Source: Escherichia coli (GTDB lineage: Bacteria > Pseudomonadota > Gammaproteobacteria > Enterobacterales > Enterobacteriaceae). Taken from it: 64,000 bases of DNA. The position numbers were made by a program, and so were the translations under genes. Shown one piece after another: positions 1-8,862 of the stretch. The stretch is from assembly GCF_016903815.1 (NCBI RefSeq), contig NZ_CP069972.1, one strand, 5' to 3'. The notes beneath the pieces were generated by a model. That model was not told the origin of the DNA. It saw nothing but the letters and a program-made list of their open reading frames with translations, and searched no databases. Numbering within the stretch: the stretch's first letter is position 1; every line of letters starts with the position of its first letter.

Positions 1-336
1 CAGCATGTCATCCAGTGGATACTCCCTTCACCGCTGGCTTCGCTGATGTCCGATGATACCTGGTTATGGCCATCCGTTCCCGGAACGCCGGCACTGAGTG
101 CCGGTGACTGGCCTGTTATGGATACTGACCCTTCCACCTTACGGCGCGTCAGACGTCGTTCTTTCAGCATCATCGATAACCGGAACAGGAAAGGTTATAT
201 CACCAGGCGATATCAGTGTTTCCCACTGGCCCCACTACCTGAAGACAGAAAATACGACAGCCTTCCTGACCTTGTGCTCCATCCCGAGCAGGAGACAATA
301 AAATGCAAAGAAAAACATTACTCGCAGCCCTTATAG
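1..336 (+). CDS. Partial CDS: 3' end of an upstream transfer-region gene running off the window start
   Basis: Frame 1 is open from nt 1 to TAG at 334-336 and overlaps the next gene start by 34 nt, as in compact tra operons; no recognisable domain. Confidence 0.3.
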   Translation, partial: QHVIQWILPSPLASLMSDDTWLWPSVPGTPALSAGDWPVMDTDPSTLRRVRRRSFSIIDNRNRKGYITRRYQCFPLAPLPEDRKYDSLPDLVLHPEQETIKCKEKHYSQPL

Positions 337-1505
337 CCACCCTGAGTGGAACGGCATGCCAGGCTCATGCTTATTCAGTCACCGTCGTCGCCAGCCGGCC
401 TGTTGAAGAGCAGGTCATCCCCAGAATGGAAGCCATCAAAGATGTCCTTGGCAACATACTGAGTACCCAGACAGCCACGGGTACCGCTATCAATCAGAAC
501 TCTGAAAAGCTGGCAAGTGTCATTGCCCAGAACGGACAGGCGACACGTCAGCAGATGATTTTCAGTAATGAAACTCAGCGCCTCGAGGAGGCTCGGAAAA
601 GCTTCACCGTGCCGGACTCCATCTGCAGTGAATCCGCATCAGGGATTGCAACAGAAAGCAAAAGTGCCTCAGCATCCGCAGCCTCAAAACTCAGTAAAGG
701 TGGCGGTGTGAGCAACCGTAGCCTCCGCGACCGTCTGGCCAGCGCAGCAAACTCTCCCGTGCGGGAAGCTTATGATGGCGCGGCCATACACGCCAGTTAC
801 TGTACAGAAGCAGAATATGCACGTTTTGGAGGAACCGCCGTTTGTCCTTCTGTGGGCGAAATACCAGGTGGAGACAGTCAGGTACGCTCGATTTACCACG
901 GCGCAGGTACAGCGGACACACCTGCGGCACTGACATGGGATCAGAAGCAAATAGATGCAGCGACTGCTTACATGAAAAACACTTCCCGCCCCTCTGCCGG
1001 TCGTGCTCTGGGTAAAGGAGAAGTGAATACCCAGAGTGGGCGAACCTACGTCGGACTCCAGAACGAATACAACGGCATCATTGATTCTGCGTCGAATCCC
1101 CAACTGACGCTGATTGCTGACAGCACGCCTAATGAAAGCACACGTAAAGCACTGGCTGAAACACTGCAGTCAGACTCAGCGGCCGCTTACTTCGACCAGG
1201 TGGCTTCACCAGAAGCAAAAGCACGGGGATATATGAGTACCCGTGAGTTTGAAGCTTTTGAGGCTGGCCGGCGCTACGCCAACACAGCATACCTGGTGGA
1301 TTTACAGGAAATGCAGGGAGATAACCTGCTCCGTGAACTGGTAAGAATCACTGCGCAAATGAACTGGCAACTGAACGACCTGAAAGAACAGATCCGCCAG
1401 GGTAATGTCATCTCTGGACAGCAACTGGCTCTGACCGCCCGCCAGTATTATGAAAAACAACTCGGTAGCCTTGAGAAAACAATCAATCAGGCAAACGCAC
1501 GTTGA
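303..1505 (+). CDS. traW: TraW-like conjugal transfer protein, secreted or lipoprotein (400 aa)
   Basis: RBS GGAGA upstream of ATG; N-terminal signal peptide MQRKTLLAALIATLSGTACQAHA; three genes upstream of excA as in R64 gene order (recollection). Confidence 0.5.
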   Translation: MQRKTLLAALIATLSGTACQAHAYSVTVVASRPVEEQVIPRMEAIKDVLGNILSTQTATGTAINQNSEKLASVIAQNGQATRQQMIFSNETQRLEEARKSFTVPDSICSESASGIATESKSASASAASKLSKGGGVSNRSLRDRLASAANSPVREAYDGAAIHASYCTEAEYARFGGTAVCPSVGEIPGGDSQVRSIYHGAGTADTPAALTWDQKQIDAATAYMKNTSRPSAGRALGKGEVNTQSGRTYVGLQNEYNGIIDSASNPQLTLIADSTPNESTRKALAETLQSDSAAAYFDQVASPEAKARGYMSTREFEAFEAGRRYANTAYLVDLQEMQGDNLLRELVRITAQMNWQLNDLKEQIRQGNVISGQQLALTARQYYEKQLGSLEKTINQANAR

Positions 1506-1533
1506 AAGCTGACGTCAGAACAGGACTGAAAAA

Positions 1534-2118
1534 ATGAATAAGTTACCGGAAAATTCAGACCAGACGAAAAACGTCAAAAAATCACCATCCATAACCCGCA
1601 TAGCCACCCGGGGGATTATTAACATTTTTGTTCCTCTGATGGAGACTCGCCTGATAACGAATTCTGTACAGCATATGCTGGAACAACAAAAACGCAGGCT
1701 GGACAGATTTCGTCAGGTAAATAATAAAAAGGCGCAACTCCACCTCACGTGGGAAGAAGCTCTGCAGGCCAGCCATATGTCAGTAGACGATCTGGATCGT
1801 CGTTTCCGCCGGCGCAGAACAGTATGGCGATTCTGTTGCTGGAGTCTGCTGGCCATCGCTTTGTTTCTCAGTGGTATGCTCTTTGCCGCCTCTTCATTAC
1901 CTCTTACGACTCTGGTACGCGCCATCAGCACTCTTGTGTTGATACTGTCAGGCGTCGCTCTTTGTGCTTCCAGAGCACTGATTGTTACATACCGCCTCTG
2001 GCAGTTGCATGAACGAAAAGTCAGCGAACCCGAGCAGGGGACTTTCCGTGATTTTCTGAACGACCGCAATGGCTGGCGCAATGCCACATTAATTGCCGTA
2101 ACCAGTAAACAATACTGA
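1534..2118 (+). CDS. traX: TraX-like small membrane transfer protein (194 aa)
   Basis: RBS AGGA before ATG; two or three hydrophobic helices in C-terminal half; position between traW-like and traY-like genes. Confidence 0.45.
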   Translation: MNKLPENSDQTKNVKKSPSITRIATRGIINIFVPLMETRLITNSVQHMLEQQKRRLDRFRQVNNKKAQLHLTWEEALQASHMSVDDLDRRFRRRRTVWRFCCWSLLAIALFLSGMLFAASSLPLTTLVRAISTLVLILSGVALCASRALIVTYRLWQLHERKVSEPEQGTFRDFLNDRNGWRNATLIAVTSKQY

Positions 2119-2145
2119 TCACGTCCAGATGCCAGTACCACTGGC

Positions 2146-4383
2146 ATGTCGCCATCCCCCTTAATTAAATCCTGTGTGGCCTTTGCCCATACGCAATTCT
2201 ATTCCGGAGTTACTGTGAAAATTTTACTTCGCGCACTCTGTGCAGGCCTTGCTATATCCTCACTGCCGGCAATGGCTTCAGTGACCTATCAGGATATTGT
2301 GTCTGCCGCAACCAATCCTGACGATCTGTCTCGCCAGGCGCTGGTCACGATATTCGGTGATGTAGTCACCAATCCACTGTCAACCAGCGCCCCCACTCTG
2401 ATCGGAAGCATGTTCGGGGCGTTCAACAGTATCATCGCCGTACTTGCCGTTGTCTGGTTTATGTTCATTGGTATCCGTCATGTTGTGCGTTCGGGGCATC
2501 AGGGACAGGTATTCAGCACCGGACGCGATATCGTCGGCACACTGAGTGTCGTTGCAGGTTTTCTGATGATCGTTCCAACCGGAAATGGCTGGAGTATCGC
2601 TCAGCTCATTATGTTATGGGGCGCATCGATAATGGGGGTTGGGTCCGCCAATGTGATGGTGCAACTTGCCGCTGATAATATCGCAAATGGTTATTCAATG
2701 ACTGTACAGCCAGTTCAGGCATCCACACGAACAGCAGCGCGTGGCATTTTTGAAATGGAACTGTGTAAGTATGCGGTTAACGCAGGACTAAATGATTTTA
2801 ATCAGACGGTCAAATCCTCGACTTCACTGATGACAGAATCAGCTAAAACCGCCAGTGGTAATTACACTGTCACGGTATCCAATGGCAGCGGTATCTGTGG
2901 TTCAGCCAGCCTGTCAGTAGAAGGAAACGGAACAACAGATCAATCGACGATTGGAAAATTCTTTAATCCCTTCAGTAAAAACGAATACAGCGGTGTTATC
3001 TCAGCACAACGTGCAGCCATGGATAATATGATTAGCGACATGGACAACGCTGCCAGTGAGTTTGTGACAACATTTCTGGAAAAAAGAAATTCTGGCAACG
3101 GAACATTGCCGGATATCGAGACACGGATTCAGAGAGCAGCCGATGAGTATGAACGCGCTGTACAAAAATCGCTACCTATTGATAACGGAGAACAATCCAG
3201 GAAAGAAGCTCTCAAGTCTTATCTCACAACCTATGGATGGGTGACGCTTGGCGCGTGGTATCAGACCTTTGCCACTGCTAACCAGCGTCTGGCAGAGCTG
3301 GCTGACAGAGCTCCAGCTGTAACTTCAATGTCATCACTTGGGGAAGTTGGCGATACTGATTTATTTAGTGCTGTTATGGGGGCATACAAGACTCAATTAC
3401 AGAACTCCACATATACTCCAACGATAGGAACGATAACAACTCAAGATGAAAGTAATGCAGCTAATAGCACAGACCCACAAAGTGTGGTCATGAAAAGTAT
3501 AGCGCCAACCATATTAAAATGGACAAACCAAGCTGCTACTGAATGGTCAGGAACAGGAACAACCAGCAACCAAGTTAACCCATTAATTAAGATGAAAAAC
3601 ATCGGCGATTATACATTGGGTACAACAGAAATTCTCTGGACAGGATATACAACTGTCAGAGTTCTCGCGACAATGGGTGATAACTCTATTTTCGGAAAGG
3701 CTGTTAATTTGTTCTCTGGATTACCTAAAGGATTTGTTGCTCTGCTGGATGCTGCAGCTCCCCCAATATATTTCTTGTTGTTCCTGTTGTTTTGTGCGGG
3801 TTTTTCCTTATCAATTTACCTACCATTTATACCATTCATTTTCTGGATGACAGGCATTGGGAACTGGATAGTAAGCGTATTAATAGGATGCACCGCCGGG
3901 CCTCTGTGGGCAGCAACACATCTAGGAACATCAGAGGACAGAGGAAGTCGAGCAGCTTACGGATATATATACTTAATTGACAGCATGATAAGACCACCTC
4001 TCATGGTATTCGGTTTCTTTTTTGCCTCTGTCGCCATCATTGCCGTCGGCACAATATTAAACTCACTGTTTGGCGCAGCACTAGTTAACGTACAGGTAAA
4101 ATCATTAACAGGGATATTCAGCCTTGCCGGGTTCCTGCTAATTTACGCCCGTATGTGTACAACGTCTGTAGCTGCAATATTTGCTTTACAAGCATATCTT
4201 CCTGACCATGTTATCAATTTCTTGGGTGGTAGAGATGGTGTAAATACTCTTGGCAACCTCACCTCATCAGTAAAAGATATTTTTGCAGGTTCTAATAGAA
4301 ATATTAGACACAGCCCTGGAGTTAGAGAGGACAGACTAAAAAATGTCACAAAGGATGATAATAAAGATGGAATAAAAGGATAA
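2146..4383 (+). CDS. traY: TraY-like polytopic inner-membrane transfer protein (entry-exclusion target in IncI1)
   Basis: 745-aa ORF with many hydrophobic segments in N- and C-terminal thirds; alternative GTG start at 2215 has a better RBS (GGAG) and gives a signal-peptide-like N-terminus; excA-like gene directly downstream. Confidence 0.55.
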   Translation: MSPSPLIKSCVAFAHTQFYSGVTVKILLRALCAGLAISSLPAMASVTYQDIVSAATNPDDLSRQALVTIFGDVVTNPLSTSAPTLIGSMFGAFNSIIAVLAVVWFMFIGIRHVVRSGHQGQVFSTGRDIVGTLSVVAGFLMIVPTGNGWSIAQLIMLWGASIMGVGSANVMVQLAADNIANGYSMTVQPVQASTRTAARGIFEMELCKYAVNAGLNDFNQTVKSSTSLMTESAKTASGNYTVTVSNGSGICGSASLSVEGNGTTDQSTIGKFFNPFSKNEYSGVISAQRAAMDNMISDMDNAASEFVTTFLEKRNSGNGTLPDIETRIQRAADEYERAVQKSLPIDNGEQSRKEALKSYLTTYGWVTLGAWYQTFATANQRLAELADRAPAVTSMSSLGEVGDTDLFSAVMGAYKTQLQNSTYTPTIGTITTQDESNAANSTDPQSVVMKSIAPTILKWTNQAATEWSGTGTTSNQVNPLIKMKNIGDYTLGTTEILWTGYTTVRVLATMGDNSIFGKAVNLFSGLPKGFVALLDAAAPPIYFLLFLLFCAGFSLSIYLPFIPFIFWMTGIGNWIVSVLIGCTAGPLWAATHLGTSEDRGSRAAYGYIYLIDSMIRPPLMVFGFFFASVAIIAVGTILNSLFGAALVNVQVKSLTGIFSLAGFLLIYARMCTTSVAAIFALQAYLPDHVINFLGGRDGVNTLGNLTSSVKDIFAGSNRNIRHSPGVREDRLKNVTKDDNKDGIKG

Positions 4384-4432
4384 TTTTAATAAAACAACCT
4401 TGCCATAAACACTCAATCGCATTAAAATATCG

Positions 4433-5107
4433 ATGAGTGTTTATGGAGGGTTTATTATGCAAATGGTAAAAACAATCAATAGATATCCTGCTTGGTGGAC
4501 ATTATATTACGCCCTTAGATTTATATATTTCATAAGCATACCAGTGTTATCCATTTTTATTCTTTTCGGCGTGCTCTCCATTACATCTTCAAGATATGTG
4601 ACGCAAGAAGATTATATTTATACTTGCGTCTGTCTGTTTTTACTAATTGCCCCTGCAATATTGATGTATTCCCGAGCAAGCTCAAGAAAAGACAAAATAA
4701 AAAAAATTGTCGCGGAGATAAAAAACACCGGTTTTTATTCACCTGACAAAGAATATGAGGGACTATCTTTTACTCAGGGCGTCTATTTTGGCGTGGATAC
4801 CAAAAAAGGCACTATGCTGTATGCTCGTGCTTACCCTGGAAATATAATGGATATTATCGGCTTTGACATTGACAACTTCACACGCACTGTGACCGACGCC
4901 AAGACACTAGAGATTTATACAAAATACATAAATATACCAATGGTCTCAATTCCGTCAGGATGCATCCATCCCAAAATGATGGCGGATACAATGCATGCAA
5001 TGGCAGAAAGAGGATATGATTACCCTGTCGACTTTCCTCGCCTAATTCAGGAGAAGCGTAAGGAGTGGGAGCAGATTGCAGGCATGCCTGTAGCCGAAGT
5101 ATTTTAA
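4433..5107 (+). CDS. excA: Entry exclusion protein ExcA-like
   Basis: 224-aa ORF immediately after traY-like gene with N-terminal membrane segments; SD GGAGGG favours internal ATG at 4457 (216 aa). Confidence 0.5.
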   Translation: MSVYGGFIMQMVKTINRYPAWWTLYYALRFIYFISIPVLSIFILFGVLSITSSRYVTQEDYIYTCVCLFLLIAPAILMYSRASSRKDKIKKIVAEIKNTGFYSPDKEYEGLSFTQGVYFGVDTKKGTMLYARAYPGNIMDIIGFDIDNFTRTVTDAKTLEIYTKYINIPMVSIPSGCIHPKMMADTMHAMAERGYDYPVDFPRLIQEKRKEWEQIAGMPVAEVF

Positions 5108-5127
5108 GATAAGCTCCCTCCATAACA

Positions 5128-5155
5128 GCCGGTTCAAATGAGCCGGCTTTTGTTC
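5128..5155. terminator. Intrinsic terminator hairpin after excA
   Basis: GC stem AGCCGG...CCGGCT followed by TTTTGTT. Confidence 0.45.
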
Positions 5156-5178
5156 ATTACAACAGATAACTTATGCCG

Positions 5179-5388
5179 TTACCGATAAATTCGACCAAGT
5201 GCTTTAATCGCAGCAATTTTTATTTCCATATCATCACTTTGACTCAATCTATGTAATTCACGAGTAATGTTCTCCGCCTGACACCGGCCTTCACCTAATG
5301 CATAGATCGCAGCAAGTGTAACGTCTTTTGATTTACTCTTCATCATTTCAAACAAGAAAGTATTAGCTATCGCAGGAGGCATGCTCAT
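5179..5388 (-). CDS. Small protein with HEAT/PBS-lyase-like repeat (69 aa)
   Basis: RBS GAGGA 7 nt upstream of ATG AGC ATG; repeat-like AIYALGEG...AIKALGRI; AT-rich accessory island. Confidence 0.35.
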   Translation of the reverse strand: MSMPPAIANTFLFEMMKSKSKDVTLAAIYALGEGRCQAENITRELHRLSQSDDMEIKIAAIKALGRIYR

Positions 5389-5779
5389 AATCAATCCTCT
5401 TCATGAAATAAACAATGGCACTCACTTACAAACAGGAGTCCACTATCGCAAGCGACTCAACTTAGCAATATCTCTCAATTTGAATGAAAAAAACAGATGG
5501 CATGTGACAGGGAACCGTCCGCATGATGTCCGTGACCATTTAACCCCATAAGCTAACCTTGTCACAAACGGGCGCAGAACAGCCTGCCAGACAGACAACA
5601 AAACAAAAGTCCAAGATAAAACATGAATACCGGTATCTCAATGCGAAGAAATAATCTCCGTAGAAACCCCCATGAGAAAAATATCATATGGGAGAAAATC
5701 GCAATTATCACAGCCAGCGCATTCATTACTTTCGCTGTGTTCTGGCATTAATTATTTTCAACACAAAAAGGAAAAAACA

Positions 5780-5956
5780 ATGAATCTGGTAGACGCCTTT
5801 GTCAAAAAAGTAATATCCGGTCCATATGAAGAATATGGAAAATGGTGGATAGATGTCGAATACATTTCATGGGGTGTTCCCGGGAAAACAAGACTGATGT
5901 TTGACTCAAAGGAGCAGGCACTGGAAGTTAAGGAAGGGTACAAATTTTTAACGTGA
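5780..5956 (+). CDS. Hypothetical small protein (58 aa)
   Basis: ATG at 5780 preceded by AAGGA; followed by strong hairpin at 5971-6001; no recognised domain. Confidence 0.3.
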   Translation: MNLVDAFVKKVISGPYEEYGKWWIDVEYISWGVPGKTRLMFDSKEQALEVKEGYKFLT

Positions 5957-5970
5957 GATCTCTTTTTGTT

Positions 5971-6001
5971 AAAGGGCAGGAAGCGGTAACTCCCTGCCCT
6001 T
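5971..6001. terminator. Hairpin between convergent small genes
   Basis: 11-bp stem AAGGGCAGGGA / TCCCTGCCCTT with 9-nt loop; no clean U-run on either side. Confidence 0.35.
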
Positions 6002-6020
6002 AGTTACGTTTCCAGGCTTA

Positions 6021-6128
6021 TCAGTCGACAAGTTCCCGGATCAGTTCCAGAACAGCAATCAGCGCGTTTGCAACGGCAACTACTGCCCTGAGAACGATGA
6101 TTAACAGATTAATCATCCGCTTCTCCAT
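6021..6128 (-). CDS. Small hydrophobic peptide (35 aa), DinQ/TisB-like type I toxin candidate
   Basis: ATG at 6128-6126 to TGA at 6023-6021 encodes MEKRMINLLIIVLRAVVAVANALIAVLELIRELVD, one amphipathic helix; weak SD (GGTGA 12 nt upstream); too short for the ORF track. Confidence 0.45.
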   Translation of the reverse strand: MEKRMINLLIIVLRAVVAVANALIAVLELIRELVD

Positions 6129-6187
6129 CACTGGAGGAAATCACCGTTGCTTACTCTTACATTGCCTGTCACAACGGCACTTTCAGT

Positions 6188-6211
6188 GTTAGTTGAAAAG
6201 AGACTTCCTCC
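6188..6211 (-). promoter_or_regulatory. Predicted sRNA-binding site upstream of the toxin ORF
   Basis: 24-nt segment whose reverse complement (GGAGGAAGUCUCUUUUCAACUAAC) pairs with the 5' end of the sRNA at 6375-6398 with one G-U wobble; lies 61-84 nt upstream of the toxin ATG. Confidence 0.4.
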
Positions 6212-6339
6212 TGCCAGAGCACTGAACACAGCACCACCTGTTTGTTCAGCCAGGACTTAAAATCTTGCATCCATAGTCCCGATGGATATCACGGCAGAAG
6301 TGTCGCCAGACAGAGCTAACCTGCGGATTATAAGGATGG

Positions 6340-6368
6340 TTGCTATCAAATGAACAGCTCGCTATTAT
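6340..6368 (+). promoter_or_regulatory. Sigma70-type promoter for the predicted sRNA
   Basis: -35 TTGCTA (6340-6345), 17-nt spacer, -10 TATTAT (6363-6368); predicted TSS at about 6375. Confidence 0.5.
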
Positions 6369-6374
6369 AAGAAC

Positions 6375-6461
6375 GTTAGTTGAAAAGAGATTTCCTCCGG
6401 TCAGGGCCACCCACTCTGTAACGGAACAGTAAAAAAACCGACCTCACCAGTCGGTTTTTTT
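6375..6461 (+). ncRNA. Predicted ~86-nt sRNA, candidate type I antitoxin
   Basis: Starts at the 24-nt repeat GTTAGTTGAAAAGAGATTTCCTCC and ends at an intrinsic terminator (ACCGAC-loop-GTCGGT plus T7 at 6437-6461); no ORF. Confidence 0.5.
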
Positions 6462-6614
6462 ACATCTGTTGTTTCTCAAAATCCGTCCGACATGCCCGTC
6501 ACACCGGGGAAACTCATGCTCTGAATCAGAACCAACCATCTCAACTTTGCCGTCTCCTGAAAAAACTGGCACATTCAGTTCGATAACTACCCATAAATAC
6601 AGAGAGAAAATCCG

Positions 6615-6866
6615 ATGTCAGAAAAGTGGAGTAAAGAATTCGACTCTTGCTTTCAGGTGGGGAGCATAGAAGAAATTGCAGATGCTCTCGAGAAACGCAG
6701 CGGAAGCGAGGAAAATGCGTTAGCCATGCTGGCAATGACAGCCTTCACACTCATGACCCGACGTGGTATCTGCGAAATGCAGAACGTGGCCCCCGATGGC
6801 AAAGGCATTCGGCTGGAGCTAATCGGCTTCAGGGAAAATGAAACAATACCGGATACGCTTCATTGA
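6615..6866 (+). CDS. Hypothetical protein (83 aa)
   Basis: ATG with GAGAGA upstream; followed by hairpin GCGGCGGCAG/CTGCCGCCG at 6905-6928; no recognised domain. Confidence 0.4.
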   Translation: MSEKWSKEFDSCFQVGSIEEIADALEKRSGSEENALAMLAMTAFTLMTRRGICEMQNVAPDGKGIRLELIGFRENETIPDTLH

Positions 6867-6904
6867 AGAAGAAAGGGCGCAATGAGGTCAGCCTTCGCAA
6901 CAAA

Positions 6905-6935
6905 GCGGCGGCAGAAAACCTGCCGCCGTGTTGCC
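6905..6935 (+). terminator. Terminator-like hairpin after the 83-aa ORF
   Basis: 9-10 bp GC stem with AAAAC loop followed by a U-rich tract. Confidence 0.4.
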
Positions 6936-7112
6936 CGTTAACGTTTAACTTCGTAGGCTAACGTTGCCACAAGCACTGTGTTTCCCTGCTGGAGCCGGAG
7001 TCCGCAAAGCGAATCCCTCACCATCCAGACAAAACACAGAATCGTCACACAGATGACGATTAACATCATTAAAAACGTTCGCTGTGGCATCATAGCCCCT
7101 CCATTGCCTTAC

Positions 7113-7206
7113 GGCGGTTATCGGGCTACTATAATGTTGTCTAGGCATTACAGTAGAGCCCTTGGTTGATTGATAAAAAAATCTCCAGGGGCTTTCTGCT
7201 GTATAC
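7113..7206. repeat. 85-bp direct repeat copy 1 with internal imperfect palindrome
   Basis: CGGGCTACTATAATG...CATTACAGTAGAGCCC TTGGTTGATTGA...CTCCAGGGGCTTTCTGCTGTATA; near-identical to 7421-7500. Confidence 0.6.
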
Positions 7207-7420
7207 CGTCCACAAAACGCTTTCGGCATACAGCCTCAAGCGCCCGCAGCTATTCTAACGACTTTCGTATCGGTAACAATCCTTTTAACCAGCCCCACAC
7301 ATCTTTCGGACATGGTGAGTACAAAAGGCTGCGCTCTCGAACATTTGACATTGAAAATGATTCAGGTGACAGCCTGAATGTAGCAGGAGTCCCCGTCCTT
7401 CTGGCATAGAAGATGTCAAC

Positions 7421-7500
7421 GGGCTACTATAATGTCGTTCACGCATTACAGTAGAGCCCTTGGTTGATTGACAAAAATCTCCAGGGGCTTTCTGCTGTAT
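7421..7500. repeat. 85-bp direct repeat copy 2, about 150 bp upstream of the RHH-HTH gene
   Basis: Near-identical to 7113-7206, a few substitutions and one short indel. Confidence 0.6.
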
Positions 7501-7658
7501 ATGGTTTAGTTAACAAAGAGAGCCAGTGTTCCACTGAGCAAAACCAGTAGCTATTCATGCTTACAATTATCTTCTCCATATCTGAAATAACTCAAACAGC
7601 CCAATAGAAACATATTGTTACATCTAAGATCTTGAAAAGACCTCTTTGAGAAATCAAT

Positions 7659-8645
7659 ATGAGATCACGGTATGTTGATAGGATAATATATATGAAGAAA
7701 CTATTGATTCGATTAATACCTGATGCAATATATGAGGCTCTGGAAAAGACAGCTCTGCATTCTGAACGCTCCCTGGAAGCACAGGCCAGATATATCCTTA
7801 GTTGCTCCGTAGATAATGAAAAACAATTAACTGGTGGTGAACGCTATCAAAGAGAAATAACCGCGCGTCTTAATCAAGCGTTATCAGAAGCTAATGAGGT
7901 CATAACAGCCATTAATCTTGTTCCCGCAAGAATTGCAGAACAATTAGGCCATCATGACGCCATAGAATCCGAAAATTGGTTCACCGGAAATGCTGTTCCT
8001 AGCTTTACAGAGCTTGACGAATTAAGCGATATCTTTGGATGCTCTCCAGATTGGTTAAAGTTTGGCGAAAATGTACCTTATCCAAAGAGTTCTAAAGGAA
8101 GGATAAACTGGAATCGTGGCGGAGAAAAAGATATCGATGCACTTTTAGAGCCTGACAACAAAGGTCGTAAAGTCTCATCTATTCATATTTTCAGGGTAAA
8201 TGAATCTGGCAATATACTAATACTGAGAGAATTTGAAAACAGCATAACTACAGATTTTTTCTCAACAAACCTTTACTTATCAGACAAAGAAAAAATAGGA
8301 CAGGGCGGATTCCACGACCTGGTCGATTTCCTTGTAATTTTACAATCCCTTTATTTAAAATATATAAATAGCAATCTGTTAGTGAAAAGCTATAACATTA
8401 GCCAATATGTACTGGATTCCTGTTATAAGAGCGGAGAAAAGCACCCCATAACTATATGTAGTGCAGGTGAGACAAGTACCTGGTGGGAAGACATATGGCA
8501 TGAAGACATGATAGCTCAATCGAGGAATAATGAGTCCTACTTCTGGGATGGTGACAAACCTCTTATTGATAGCCTTCATAAAGAACTTCAAAAAAATAAC
8601 AGATTAAAGCCAAACAGTGAGTTAGATATGCCACTAATTGGTTAA
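7659..8645 (+). CDS. Putative regulator: N-terminal ribbon-helix-helix, central XRE-type HTH, unknown ~190-aa C-terminal domain (328 aa)
   Basis: MKKLLIRLIPDAIYEALEKTALHSERSLEAQARYIL is RHH-like; NAVPSFTELDELSDIFGCSPDWLKFGE is HTH_XRE-like; low GC; alternative start at 7692. Confidence 0.5.
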   Translation: MRSRYVDRIIYMKKLLIRLIPDAIYEALEKTALHSERSLEAQARYILSCSVDNEKQLTGGERYQREITARLNQALSEANEVITAINLVPARIAEQLGHHDAIESENWFTGNAVPSFTELDELSDIFGCSPDWLKFGENVPYPKSSKGRINWNRGGEKDIDALLEPDNKGRKVSSIHIFRVNESGNILILREFENSITTDFFSTNLYLSDKEKIGQGGFHDLVDFLVILQSLYLKYINSNLLVKSYNISQYVLDSCYKSGEKHPITICSAGETSTWWEDIWHEDMIAQSRNNESYFWDGDKPLIDSLHKELQKNNRLKPNSELDMPLIG

Positions 8646-8862
8646 ACACCAATTAAAGATTATCTAGCTAAAACAACATCGTACACGCATACTGCAAAGC
8701 CCTTGGTGAGTTAATAGAAGAATTACTAAGGGCTTATAAAAAATATATACCCCCACATTGGTGACACATTAAAATATTTTTTGTTGATGTGTTACCAGCC
8801 TGACCCAAAAACAATTTTTAATCTTTCCGTTCGATTTAAATTCCAGAAATGGAGACTTTGTC

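Noticed and set aside
684-2147. Antisense ORFs inside the traW/traX-like genes (684-1103 -, 1713-2147 -, 1749-2012 +)
   Set aside because: Fully embedded in longer, better-supported ORFs with RBSs; no independent signals
5621-5752. 43-aa ORF with hydrophobic C-terminus in the region upstream of the 58-aa ORF
   Set aside because: No SD, overlaps another frame, weak coding signal; kept only as a low-probability note
6188-6330. LexA box upstream of the DinQ-like peptide (by analogy with chromosomal dinQ)
   Set aside because: Only partial CTGT...CAG-like matches (for example CTGTTTGTTCAGCC); no convincing SOS box, and no clear promoter for the peptide mRNA either
6469-7409. Short ORFs at 6469-6669, 6647-6841, 6945-7229, 6978-7169, 7170-7409
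   Set aside because: Overlap the sRNA terminator, the 83-aa ORF or the 85-bp repeats; no RBSs; low-complexity products
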